DNA of 28,614 nt, taken from Candidatus Bathyarchaeota archaeon. GTDB lineage: Archaea > Thermoproteota > Bathyarchaeia > Bathyarchaeales > Bathycorpusculaceae. Positions 17,532-25,835 of the stretch are shown here, one piece after another. The notes under the pieces are model-generated. The model ran no database searches. It was not told the DNA's origin and worked only from the letters and a program-made list of their open reading frames with translations. The stretch lies in the NCBI GenBank assembly GCA_030672945.1, contig DAOVFL010000001.1:1-28614 (forward strand), read 5' to 3'. How positions within the stretch are numbered: the stretch's first letter is position 1; each line of letters begins with the position of its first letter. A program made the position numbers and the translations under genes.

Positions 17532-18071
17532 CTATACTATCTCAATTCCCAAAGCATCTTTAACAAATACAATGGCTTCTTCCGTTGTTAAGATGTGTTT
17601 CGAACCGATTTTTGCTTTTTCTCTCCGCCTTCTTTTAACACGATATCCGGGGCGACTGAGAGAAACGCATACATCCATGCCGAAGATGCCGATTTCAGGT
17701 TCATATTTTACTCCCGGAATTTCAATATGTTCCTTTACGCCGAAGGAGAAGTTACCATACTTATCAAAGCAATTCTTTGAGAGTTTATTGTCGATGACCG
17801 GCAAAACTTTTTTTATGAATTCTATTGCCCTCTGCTTTCTAAGCGTTACAACGCAGGATATAGGTTCGCCTTTTCTTATTCCAAAGTCTCTGATAGTTTG
17901 CTTAGCATTTCTCTTGTTTGGATTTTGACCTGTTAACTCTCTCAGAACCCTTACAGCTTTTTCTAGTGGTTCCCCTGATTTCCCAACGCTGATGTTAATG
18001 ACACTCTTTTCAATTCTCGGTTTAAGCATAGGGTGTTCTTTCCATCTCTTTAGCAACTCACCCTCAGACAA
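17532..18071 (-). CDS. rpl5: Ribosomal protein uL5
   Basis: [38 protein letters not shown]. Confidence 0.98.
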   Translation of the reverse strand: MSEGELLKRWKEHPMLKPRIEKSVINISVGKSGEPLEKAVRVLRELTGQNPNKRNAKQTIRDFGIRKGEPISCVVTLRKQRAIEFIKKVLPVIDNKLSKNCFDKYGNFSFGVKEHIEIPGVKYEPEIGIFGMDVCVSLSRPGYRVKRRRREKAKIGSKHILTTEEAIVFVKDALGIEIV

Positions 18072-18072
18072 T

Positions 18073-18831
18073 TTAGGCTGCCTCCAGCATAGATATTAAT
18101 GGTTGTTTTTCACCTATTACAAAAATGAAATTCAGAATTGTTTGGTAACTATTTTCTCCTTTGTCCTTAATCGTTACAATGGCGTTTCTACGCTTCTTTC
18201 CCTTCGTCTTTTCAATTTTAATTATCTCACCATATTTTCCGATGTTTTTTCCACTTATTATTAACCCAAAATGTTTTTCTTTCATTTCTATCTGCTTCAG
18301 GATTTGTCTTTCTGGCAAACTTATTTTCAAAGTATCTAGAGTATTGTAGACAACATCTCCTGAGTTCTTTGTATCGGTAATATTAACTAGTATGTTCGAA
18401 CCGTCATGCAGATTAAGTTGCATAAGCCCGTTTCTAACAACATTTTTGTTTGTAATTCTACACAGCTTGAAGTTTGATTCTTCCTTGTTGATCGGGTGAA
18501 GGATTAAACCCTTTTTGGATCGCAGTATGCGAAAGCATTCATCAACATCTGAAATGGAAATAACATCCATTAACCCCACAGGAAAGTTGTCTTTTCGCCT
18601 AACTTTTCCATCTACATGTACTTTTCCCTGTGAAACTATTAGTTTAGCCTCTTTTCTTGTTTTGGCGAACTTGAGAATGTCACGCAGAACTATGGCTAAT
18701 GGTAAGCAGTTTTCAAGAGAATGCGGTCCAGGGGATGGCTTTACAACCCAGAGGAACTCTTTCCTATGAATTGGCCAGAACCTCGGTGCGGGTTTACGTT
18801 TTAATCCTGTGGATGCTTCCTTTCTACCCAA
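18073..18831 (-). CDS. rps4e: Ribosomal protein eS4
   Basis: LKRKPAP.FWPI.RK, PGPH, VDGKVR, FPVGLMD, QLNLHDG.N. Confidence 0.98.
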   Translation of the reverse strand: MGRKEASTGLKRKPAPRFWPIHRKEFLWVVKPSPGPHSLENCLPLAIVLRDILKFAKTRKEAKLIVSQGKVHVDGKVRRKDNFPVGLMDVISISDVDECFRILRSKKGLILHPINKEESNFKLCRITNKNVVRNGLMQLNLHDGSNILVNITDTKNSGDVVYNTLDTLKISLPERQILKQIEMKEKHFGLIISGKNIGKYGEIIKIEKTKGKKRRNAIVTIKDKGENSYQTILNFIFVIGEKQPLISMLEAA

Positions 18832-18832
18832 A

Positions 18833-19489
18833 TCATTTTCCTCCTTTAGTTTTCTTGGTTGTTCTACGCCTAACCCTTGTTTTCTTCGTTTTCGGCTTCT
18901 CTTCCTTCCTGGTTTCTATGGGTTTCTTTTTCCTCGTTTTTTTTGCTTGTCTAGGTTTCTTTTGTTTTTCTTCTGTTTTATTTTCCGTTGGCGTCTTCGT
19001 TGCTGTCTTTTTTCTTCTTTTTGGTTTCTTTTTCAGAACTTTCTCTTCTACAGCCTCTTTTATTTCGGTAACCTCTTCTAGAAGAGGTTTTTCTGTAACC
19101 TTCTCTATTTTCTGGAGAGCCTTCCTTTTCCTTTCCAAAACTTGCTTTCGCCACTTATCCTTAAGATTCAACGTTATTATCATAATCTTTGAAGGGTGAA
19201 TGGGAAGGAATATTGCGGTTCCATCAGCTTTTTCTCGTGTCAACCCTTCAACGTAGATTCTATATTTTCTTCTGTCTACACGAGTAACTTTCCCTTCAAA
19301 TCCTTTACGGTCTCCTCGCATTATGCGAACTGTATCTCCGCTTCTAACTGGTAGAGTTCGTAATCCATGTGAGGTTTTAAGTTCTGGTGAGAGGGATGCC
19401 CCAAAATGTTTGTGGCGTATGTGGTCTGGTGCTTGGAAAAGCATTTTTCTTTGTTTTGTTGGTTTCGTTACAGGTTTTGTTGCATGCAT
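18833..19489 (-). CDS. rpl24: Ribosomal protein uL24 with a ~93-aa acidic-then-basic C-terminal extension
   Basis: PVRSGDTVRIMRG (KOW), IHPSK, DKWR. ATG 19489 follows a GGAGG RBS. Confidence 0.96.
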   Translation of the reverse strand: MHATKPVTKPTKQRKMLFQAPDHIRHKHFGASLSPELKTSHGLRTLPVRSGDTVRIMRGDRKGFEGKVTRVDRRKYRIYVEGLTREKADGTAIFLPIHPSKIMIITLNLKDKWRKQVLERKRKALQKIEKVTEKPLLEEVTEIKEAVEEKVLKKKPKRRKKTATKTPTENKTEEKQKKPRQAKKTRKKKPIETRKEEKPKTKKTRVRRRTTKKTKGGK

Positions 19490-19500
19490 GTTTTTTCCTC

Positions 19501-19941
19501 CTATATTATTATACTTGCTGCACTTGCTATTCTTGACCATCTTTCAGCAGCCTCTTTTGCTACTGGTCCGCGAATTTCTGAGCCTTTCATTTCGCCCTCA
19601 GGGGTTATTATTACTGCTGCATTATCTTCGAATTGGACCCAGACGCCGTCAGCTCTTCGGTAGGGCTTTCTTTGTCTTATGATTACTGCTTGGAAAATTT
19701 TTTTTCTCATGTCTGGTGTTCCACGTCTGACCGAGACAGTTATTCTGTCGCCTACTGCGCCTGATGGGACACGTCGTAAACGTCCTTTATAACCAATAAC
19801 TTGAATTAGCCTTATTTTCTTCGCTCCGGTGTTATCTGCACATATAAGAATCGAACCGACGAGTAACCCCCTTGAGATTTTTGGTCTTTGTCCAATCATT
19901 CCCCTGGCAATTAACGCTCTCGTTTTCGCCCTTGCAGCCAT
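19501..19941 (-). CDS. rpl14: Ribosomal protein uL14
   Basis: [32 protein letters not shown]. Confidence 0.98.
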   Translation of the reverse strand: MAARAKTRALIARGMIGQRPKISRGLLVGSILICADNTGAKKIRLIQVIGYKGRLRRVPSGAVGDRITVSVRRGTPDMRKKIFQAVIIRQRKPYRRADGVWVQFEDNAAVIITPEGEMKGSEIRGPVAKEAAERWSRIASAASIII

Positions 19942-19942
19942 T

Positions 19943-20260
19943 TCACTTCTCCTCCATCTTTTCGATAACAACAAATGACACTGTTTTGCCTATCGGGCGA
20001 CATTCAGATATTCTAACGCGGTTTCCTTCTTTTGCGTTTATGCATGGTGGATTGTGGCATGGGATGCGACTGTATCTTTTCTCATACCTCTTAAATTTTG
20101 GAACATAGTGAAGATAGTCACGTTTGACTATGACTGTTTTATCCATTTTGGCACTGGCGACCACACCTTCTAGGACATGACCCCTTATTGATAAGTCGCC
20201 GTGAAAAGGACAGTTTCTGTCGTTACACGTTTTTTTGGGTTTTTTGAAGGCCAGCGACAT
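19943..20260 (-). CDS. rps17: Ribosomal protein uS17
   Basis: [29 protein letters not shown]. Confidence 0.98.
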   Translation of the reverse strand: MSLAFKKPKKTCNDRNCPFHGDLSIRGHVLEGVVASAKMDKTVIVKRDYLHYVPKFKRYEKRYSRIPCHNPPCINAKEGNRVRISECRPIGKTVSFVVIEKMEEK

Positions 20261-20541
20261 CACCATAACCTCATAACATGTTTTTTAAGGCGCGCTTCCG
20301 GTCGTCTCACAAGAAGTTTACCGTCAATTTCAACAGTTGTTCCATCAGAAAATGTGAAGTGAATAACAACTGAATTCTTTATGACTCTCTTTCTTTTTCC
20401 TTTACACGAAATTACGAATGTGTTTCTGGTTTCATCTATTATCTCGCCAGAGATTCCCACATACCCCTTATGTCTGCTTTCTGCAACCTTAGCTTTTGTT
20501 CCAATGAATTCGTAACGGATTATGTTTGGCGTTATCTTCAT
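20260..20541 (-). CDS. rnp1: RNase P protein component 1 (Rpp29/Pop4)
   Basis: EFIG, G.IIDETRNT, VEIDG.LL..RPE.RLK. Canonical position between uL29 and uS17. Confidence 0.95.
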   Translation of the reverse strand: MKITPNIIRYEFIGTKAKVAESRHKGYVGISGEIIDETRNTFVISCKGKRKRVIKNSVVIHFTFSDGTTVEIDGKLLVRRPEARLKKHVMRLW

Positions 20542-20777
20542 CTCCTCTTCTTCCTCTTAATCTTCTCTTCTGCAAGTCCAAGTTTCTTCTCACTCTCAAT
20601 TGTTAGTATTCGGGCAACTGTTTTACGTAGCTCCTTTATCCTAGCTGGGTTTTCTATTGTTCCACCTGCTTTTACCATTGTTTTTAGTCTGAGAAGTTCT
20701 GTTCTAACATCGTTGAGTCTTTTTATTCGCATTTCAGGAGACATATCACGTATTTCTTTAACTCTTATTATTGGCAT
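20538..20777 (-). CDS. rpl29: Ribosomal protein uL29
   Basis: EIRDMS, ENPARIKELRKTVARILT. Confidence 0.96.
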   Translation of the reverse strand: MPIIRVKEIRDMSPEMRIKRLNDVRTELLRLKTMVKAGGTIENPARIKELRKTVARILTIESEKKLGLAEEKIKRKKRR

Positions 20778-21476
20778 TTACTTAGCGGTCTCCTCTCTAC
20801 TTGTTTCTTTAGGTTTTTCTTCGGCTTTTTCTTTAAGTATTTCTTCTTCTGTTGTGTCTTCTTCTGTTTGTTCTTCTGGGAGGCTTTCAATTATTTGGGT
20901 TTTATCTGGGAACTTTGCGTCTGGAGGCATTATCCTAACCTTTACGCCAAGCATGCCTGATTTTAATTGAACGTGAACTTCGGCTTTCCTCGTGTATTTT
21001 AATGCTGGATCACCGCATTTCGGTAAGTATCCAGCTTTGAATTTTTCATATCTTGCCCTCGCTGTTCTTAGTTTTCCACTTATGCATATTTCCAAGCCAA
21101 GGGCTCCTGCCTCCATAACTTGATTCAACGCCCAATACCCTGAGCGTCTATAATGTATACCTCTTTGTAGGGCTGAGGCAATGCGTGAGGCAACAACATA
21201 AGCGTTTAATTCTGGAATCTCCATTTCGGAAACAGAAATTTGAGGGTTTGAAACTTTGAATTTTTCTTCTAGAATTCTTGAAAGTTCTCTTATTGTTTCT
21301 CCACCTCGACCTATCACTACGCCTGGACGCATGGCATAAATGACTATGTGCGTTCCCAAGGGAGTCTTTGACATGTTCACCCCGCCATAACCCGCCCTTA
21401 CAAGTTCTTTTTGAAGGAACTCGTCTATTTCGTTCTTCTTCATGGACTCGGATATGAAATGCTTGACAACAGACAC
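20778..21476 (-). CDS. rps3: Ribosomal protein uS3 with an acidic C-terminal tail
   Basis: RAGYGG, RPGVVIGRGG (KH), SGKL...RAR, GMLGVKVRIMPP. Confidence 0.98.
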   Translation of the reverse strand: MSVVKHFISESMKKNEIDEFLQKELVRAGYGGVNMSKTPLGTHIVIYAMRPGVVIGRGGETIRELSRILEEKFKVSNPQISVSEMEIPELNAYVVASRIASALQRGIHYRRSGYWALNQVMEAGALGLEICISGKLRTARARYEKFKAGYLPKCGDPALKYTRKAEVHVQLKSGMLGVKVRIMPPDAKFPDKTQIIESLPEEQTEEDTTEEEILKEKAEEKPKETSREETAK

Positions 21477-21964
21477 TACATTTTCTCTCCTGTTTCCGGT
21501 TGTTCCTCTAGAGCTACTTCAATATGGCATAGAGTCCCAATTTTTGGTGAACTCCTTCCAAATGCTCTTTGCATGTATCGCTTAATCTTCAGGCCGGGAT
21601 ATGCTGATGCGTGAATTATGCGTAGTTTTTCGGTGTCTAAGCCCTTATACTCAGCGTTGGCCTCTCCACCCTTAAGAATCTTCAGAATATGCTTTGCTGC
21701 TTTCACCGGGTACCTACCTGCATAAGCCTTCTCCAGTCCGTGGCGATGTCCAACCTTCTTTTTGAATCTTCTGAAGGGAACAGGTTTCTTCTTAGCTATA
21801 ACATCTCCAAGATACTGTTTTGCTTGAGTGAGCATCATGCCTTTAATTGTCCTGCAAACCTCTCTGGCTGATTTATGGGATACCCTAATCTCTCTTCCGC
21901 TTGCTTTCACGGTTTTCTCCGGATCTAATTCCCCTTCCGTTATGGAGTATCCCCATTTTGGCAC
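21476..21964 (-). CDS. rpl22: Ribosomal protein uL22
   Basis: SHKSARE, VPFRRF, GRYPVKAA, RAFGR. Probable GTG start MPKWGYS at 21964. Confidence 0.97.
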   Translation of the reverse strand: MPKWGYSITEGELDPEKTVKASGREIRVSHKSAREVCRTIKGMMLTQAKQYLGDVIAKKKPVPFRRFKKKVGHRHGLEKAYAGRYPVKAAKHILKILKGGEANAEYKGLDTEKLRIIHASAYPGLKIKRYMQRAFGRSSPKIGTLCHIEVALEEQPETGEKM

Positions 21965-22007
21965 TTTATAATCTCTCCAATTGTGCAATTGAACAGCTAA
22001 ATTGTGG

Positions 22008-22021
22008 TTTATATGGTTTTC
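22008..22021 (-). promoter_or_regulatory. Putative BRE/TATA (gaaaaccATATAAA) for the uL22-led operon
   Basis: A purine-rich run followed by ATATAAA, ~45 nt upstream of the GTG. Confidence 0.45.
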
Positions 22022-22136
22022 CATCAGTGTAAACATTTTTAAGGCTACTCTGTGTCTCTACAACAGCACGCGCTAATTTATTTAGAAAGTGAACATTCTT
22101 GATTTGCATTTTCAAAACAGAAAGGGGAAATTGCGA

Positions 22137-22744
22137 TTAAGTTATGAAGACGTTGCAGAAGGTGGGGGAGGAGGTGGCGGAGGTTGTAGGGGTGCCGACG
22201 ACGACTTCAATGAGAGATAAAAGTGCACAGCCGCCAACTGTGAAAATGACATTTAGAATCCAGCTTATCACAGTCCCAATATATGCACCGACAACTGGAA
22301 TAAATGCGAAACCAATTCCAAGGATTAACGAAACAACGATCACAATGATTATGAAGATAATAACTTCTCCCGAATTTTTGACAATAAAGTTAAACGATCT
22401 GTTTGTGCTCTCGATGGCATCTGTTCCCTCTATTAGGGCAGTGGTAATGATGAATAGAGCAACAGGAATTAATACAAATGTGATAAAGCACACATCTGAA
22501 ACAATGGCCGCTAGAATCAAAGTGCCTAATCTACTAGTGACAAGACTCACACTTTTCTTCATGTTCATGGGGTGTTCATTGATTATGTCGTTAGCCATAT
22601 CGACAATCATGCAGCTAGCTATAAATCCAATGATGGATGCCATAAAATGACCTAGCTAAACTATCCAAGGATTAGGGTATGCAACCTCGTAAAATCTTAG
22701 GTTTATCCAATCTCATACCATCCCTCTAATAGGGAAGACCACAT
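22137..22744 (-). pseudogene. Decayed polytopic membrane protein with a proline-rich tail
   Basis: In-frame TAG at 22656-22658 just upstream of MASIIG. One extra G near 22234-22235 shifts the end away from TVAAVHFYLSLKSSSAPLQPPPPPPPPSATSS*. The 5' end appears broken across several frames. Confidence 0.6.
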
Positions 22745-22766
22745 AGGCTAGTAATAGAAAGAATAG

Positions 22767-22901
22767 GTGAATAACAACCGCGCCGCGCGCGTCCCACAGG
22801 AGAAAGAAGCTCCTCAAATCTGCCCAACATGTGGAGGACCGCTAACATTTATTGACAAATATCAGAAATGGTATTGCCACAAGTGCCAAAAATACGCTTG
22901 A
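22767..22901 (+). CDS. 44-aa zinc-ribbon microprotein or gene fragment
   Basis: Manual translation from GTG: MNNNRAARVPQEKEAPQICPTCGGPLTFIDKYQKWYCHKCQKYA* (CPxC..WYCxxC). Not in the ORF track. Confidence 0.6.
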   Translation: MNNNRAARVPQEKEAPQICPTCGGPLTFIDKYQKWYCHKCQKYA

Positions 22902-23120
22902 ACAAGAATCCAATCTTCTGTATCACCCCTTATTTGTCCTGTTTGGAACACGTTTCATGTCCACGTACATTAATAGTAGATTTAATCGCTTCAGCACACG
23001 CATGACAAACTACAAACAATAAGAAGAAACAGAACGGGTACACCTAAAGGCAATTCCATGAAATGAACAAAGGGGTAATAGCACAGCAAAGCAAAAGCCA
23101 CATGCGTTGCCTCTATTATT

Positions 23121-23324
23121 CTATCTTTTCCACAAGTCCAAAACACGACCTGCCTTCACAAGCTTCCACTTACCAAAAAAACCCTTCTTATAAAAATGGT
23201 ATAAACCACACCGGGTGCACTGCATAACCCGCCTACCCTTTTTAAAGTCAAGCTCGTACAACTCTAAAGAGGAACCACAATCAATACACTTACCAACATA
23301 GGTTTTCTCGGTTTTATCACTCAT
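23121..23324 (-). CDS. 67-aa zinc-finger microprotein
   Basis: CIDCG..CTRCG. A TTTTAAAC box lies at 23373-23380, 49 nt upstream. Confidence 0.7.
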   Translation of the reverse strand: MSDKTEKTYVGKCIDCGSSLELYELDFKKGRRVMQCTRCGLYHFYKKGFFGKWKLVKAGRVLDLWKR

Positions 23325-23506
23325 TTGAAATCTTTCCTGCAAAGAGATTAGAATAAGATGAGACTGATTTATGTTTAAAACTTGCTAAACACGTTTACGC
23401 CTAGAATGACATTCAACTTCAACCATAAATAACAACTAACCAAATCTCGCACACGCTGTACAAATTTCCCAAACTATGCAAAGAACAAAAAAGGGAAAGT
23501 CAGACG

Positions 23507-23851
23507 CTATGGTGGAGGTGGTACACTACTTTCCGTTTCTTCTTCAAAGCGCAACTTGATTCCACCGATCCTTGGAGCAAGAAAGTTGTAAATCACTGCG
23601 ATAATCAACCCTTGTATGAGCCCTCCTATGAATCCCATTATTGGAAATAGTATGATTGACCCTAAGCCAAACAACATACCGAAACCAGTTAAGTCTACAC
23701 CGTTTGGCACTTGACCGACTATAGACATGATACTAGCCCAAAAAAAAATAGCCATTATGATACCAGCTATAAATCCTATTACTGCATTAATTGCTCCCAT
23801 CATCATTGCGAACGGCATTGCCGGTACGTTTCTTATTGTTCTTTCTTCCAC
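23507..23851 (-). CDS. Small membrane protein (DUF3566-like) with a PPPP tail
   Basis: Hydrophobic helices, GFIGGLI..YN..A..IGGIKL. Likely GTG start MEERTIRNV at 23851. A T-rich tract follows the stop. Confidence 0.65.
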   Translation of the reverse strand: MEERTIRNVPAMPFAMMMGAINAVIGFIAGIIMAIFFWASIMSIVGQVPNGVDLTGFGMLFGLGSIILFPIMGFIGGLIQGLIIAVIYNFLAPRIGGIKLRFEEETESSVPPPP

Positions 23852-24147
23852 ATAGACACATCCAATACTTTTCGTTTTTGTTAGTTGGAAACAGTGATCA
23901 TGTAAAGCTTTCCAGCCATTAACGTTCGGACCGCGTATAACTAAAATACTAAGGGATGTAGTAGGAGTGACATGACAAGGATAATAATCGAATCTTTCAC
24001 GCTGCATGGCTTTACACATGCACTAATGATCATGTACATTGAAGCGAGATTGAAATACTATCTTATTATCAAACCAGCGTGGCAAGGATTAGAAATATTA
24101 GCAACTTCTGTGCTTACCTAATATTCAAACCTTTAGGAAGCAGTAAA

Positions 24148-25797
24148 ATGTCGAAGCTCCGAGAGTCTCTGAAGTTTGATGAGTTCAAAGTTCTGGAAGA
24201 AACGTTGAGCGTGGATGATACCAAGGAGACGCCGACACCGATAAGAGCAAAATACGTCCTTGAAGGTGATGTGGTCTACCTGTACAAGGATAATGGAACA
24301 AAAGAAAGGATCGGCAGTTCAGAGTACTGGAATAGAATAAAAAAATTCGAAACAGATAAACGAGTGCGGTTGAGTACAACTATCGAGCATACAAATGACC
24401 TTTTAGATTGTGGTCTTTGTGATCAACATAAGAATTCCACGGCATTGTTAAACATAGTTCTAACGAACAGATGTAACTTGAGATGTTGGTATTGTTTCTT
24501 TTACGCTGAGAAGGCTGGTTTCATTTATGAACCAACGGTAGAAGAAATTAGAGAGATGATCGAGGCTGCTATAAGGTTTAATGGTTATGCACCGCCAATC
24601 CAACTCACGGGTGGAGAACCGACCATGAGGGGAGATCTACCGCAGATAATAAAGTTATGTAAAGACATGGGTTCATCTCACGTGCAACTGAACATAAATT
24701 CTGTGGAACCGGGGATAAAGTATTACTTGGATCCTGAGGTTGCAGTGAAGGAAGTAAGAAAATGGAAAGAAGCCGGCCTGAATACGATTTACACTTCTTT
24801 TGATGGGATAGATCCTAAAATCAACTTCAAAAATCACTATGAATCCCCCTTCGCTCTGGAAGCCTACTCAAAAGCTGGAATAAACAGTACGGTTCTCGTG
24901 CCTACAGTCTTCAAAGAAAATCTGAAAGAAGTTCCGAAGATAGTGAAGTTTGCAGCTATGCATATTGACAAGGGGATAAAAGGCGTCAATTTCCAGCCAA
25001 TTTCAGTCGTTGGCAATACTCCTGCAGAAAGGGAAAAATTCAGGGTTACTCAGTCAGACGTTTTAAACGAGTTAAAAGTTTTCGGTTTGAAGATTGATGA
25101 TTGGTATTCTATTCCAGCTGTAGACGTACTTGCCGATATCGTGGGTGGGAAGAAAAAGCATGTTCATTTTTACAACAACGAAAAATGTGGTGTTGCCACA
25201 TACGTGTACGTAGATGATGATAAGCTACATCCAATTACTGATTTCGTTGATGTTGATAGATTCTTAGAGGATTTAGACAAAATTGATAGAAGCATTTTAC
25301 ACAAAGCAAGTTTTGCTTTAAGTCTAGTGCCGAAAATAATACAGACAGGAGACCTGAGGAAGCCCTTGGCTAAAAAGATACACAAGTATATAGTTAGAGA
25401 CGAGTTACCGAATGGTGTTAGGATTTCCAGTATGCTTGATGAGATAATAGAAAAAGGTAATTACTCTGCTCTAGGCGAGTTCCATCAATACTTCTTATTC
25501 TTCGGTATGATGCATTTCATGGATCCTTACAACTATGACGTAAACAGAGTTCAGAGGTGTTGTATACATTACGGTTCACCTGATGGAAGGATTATACCTT
25601 TCTGCACCTACAACGTTTTTCCGAACGTCTACAGGGACAAGATATTGAAGGAGAACAGAATTAAAGATGCAAATCTAGAAAGAAAGTTGAACAAGGAGGA
25701 AAAGAAAAAGGCAAGATATGTTGCTGAATTTAGACATAGGATAGAAGAAGTAAAGAACTCTGATGTTTACAAGTCATACTACAGAGGACTATTGTAA
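24148..25797 (+). CDS. tes: Tetraether lipid synthase-like radical SAM protein (Tes/GDGT-MAS, MJ0619 family), divergent N-terminus
   Basis: DCGLC..HK, LTNRCNLRCWYC, QLTGGEPT, GVNFQP, CG.ATY, MMHFMDPYNYD..RVQRCCIHY.SPDGRIIPFCTYN. ATG at 24148. Confidence 0.85.
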   Translation: MSKLRESLKFDEFKVLEETLSVDDTKETPTPIRAKYVLEGDVVYLYKDNGTKERIGSSEYWNRIKKFETDKRVRLSTTIEHTNDLLDCGLCDQHKNSTALLNIVLTNRCNLRCWYCFFYAEKAGFIYEPTVEEIREMIEAAIRFNGYAPPIQLTGGEPTMRGDLPQIIKLCKDMGSSHVQLNINSVEPGIKYYLDPEVAVKEVRKWKEAGLNTIYTSFDGIDPKINFKNHYESPFALEAYSKAGINSTVLVPTVFKENLKEVPKIVKFAAMHIDKGIKGVNFQPISVVGNTPAEREKFRVTQSDVLNELKVFGLKIDDWYSIPAVDVLADIVGGKKKHVHFYNNEKCGVATYVYVDDDKLHPITDFVDVDRFLEDLDKIDRSILHKASFALSLVPKIIQTGDLRKPLAKKIHKYIVRDELPNGVRISSMLDEIIEKGNYSALGEFHQYFLFFGMMHFMDPYNYDVNRVQRCCIHYGSPDGRIIPFCTYNVFPNVYRDKILKENRIKDANLERKLNKEEKKKARYVAEFRHRIEEVKNSDVYKSYYRGLL

Positions 25798-25835
25798 GTG
25801 TCTAATTAGTTAGGCGCGCGCGCGGGCGGGTGCTG

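Noticed and set aside
15309-20970. Numerous plus-strand ORFs, including Phe/Leu-rich 15827-16156, 18699-19199 and 18809-19081 that look like membrane proteins
   Set aside because: They are reverse complements of Lys/Glu/Arg-rich r-protein codons, so the hydrophobicity is an artefact.
22144-22650. 168-aa plus-strand ORF
   Set aside because: Exact antisense mirror of the membrane-protein pseudogene with no independent features.
22960-23105. Possible small hydrophobic minus-strand ORF (MWLLLCCAITPLF..)
   Set aside because: Interrupted by a stop after 19 codons and has no recognisable motif.
23895-24036. Direct repeat TGATCATGTA (23895-23904 and 24027-24036) in the divergent region before tes
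   Set aside because: Two copies of a 10-mer 132 nt apart are within chance range and do not form CRISPR-like or C/D-box architecture.
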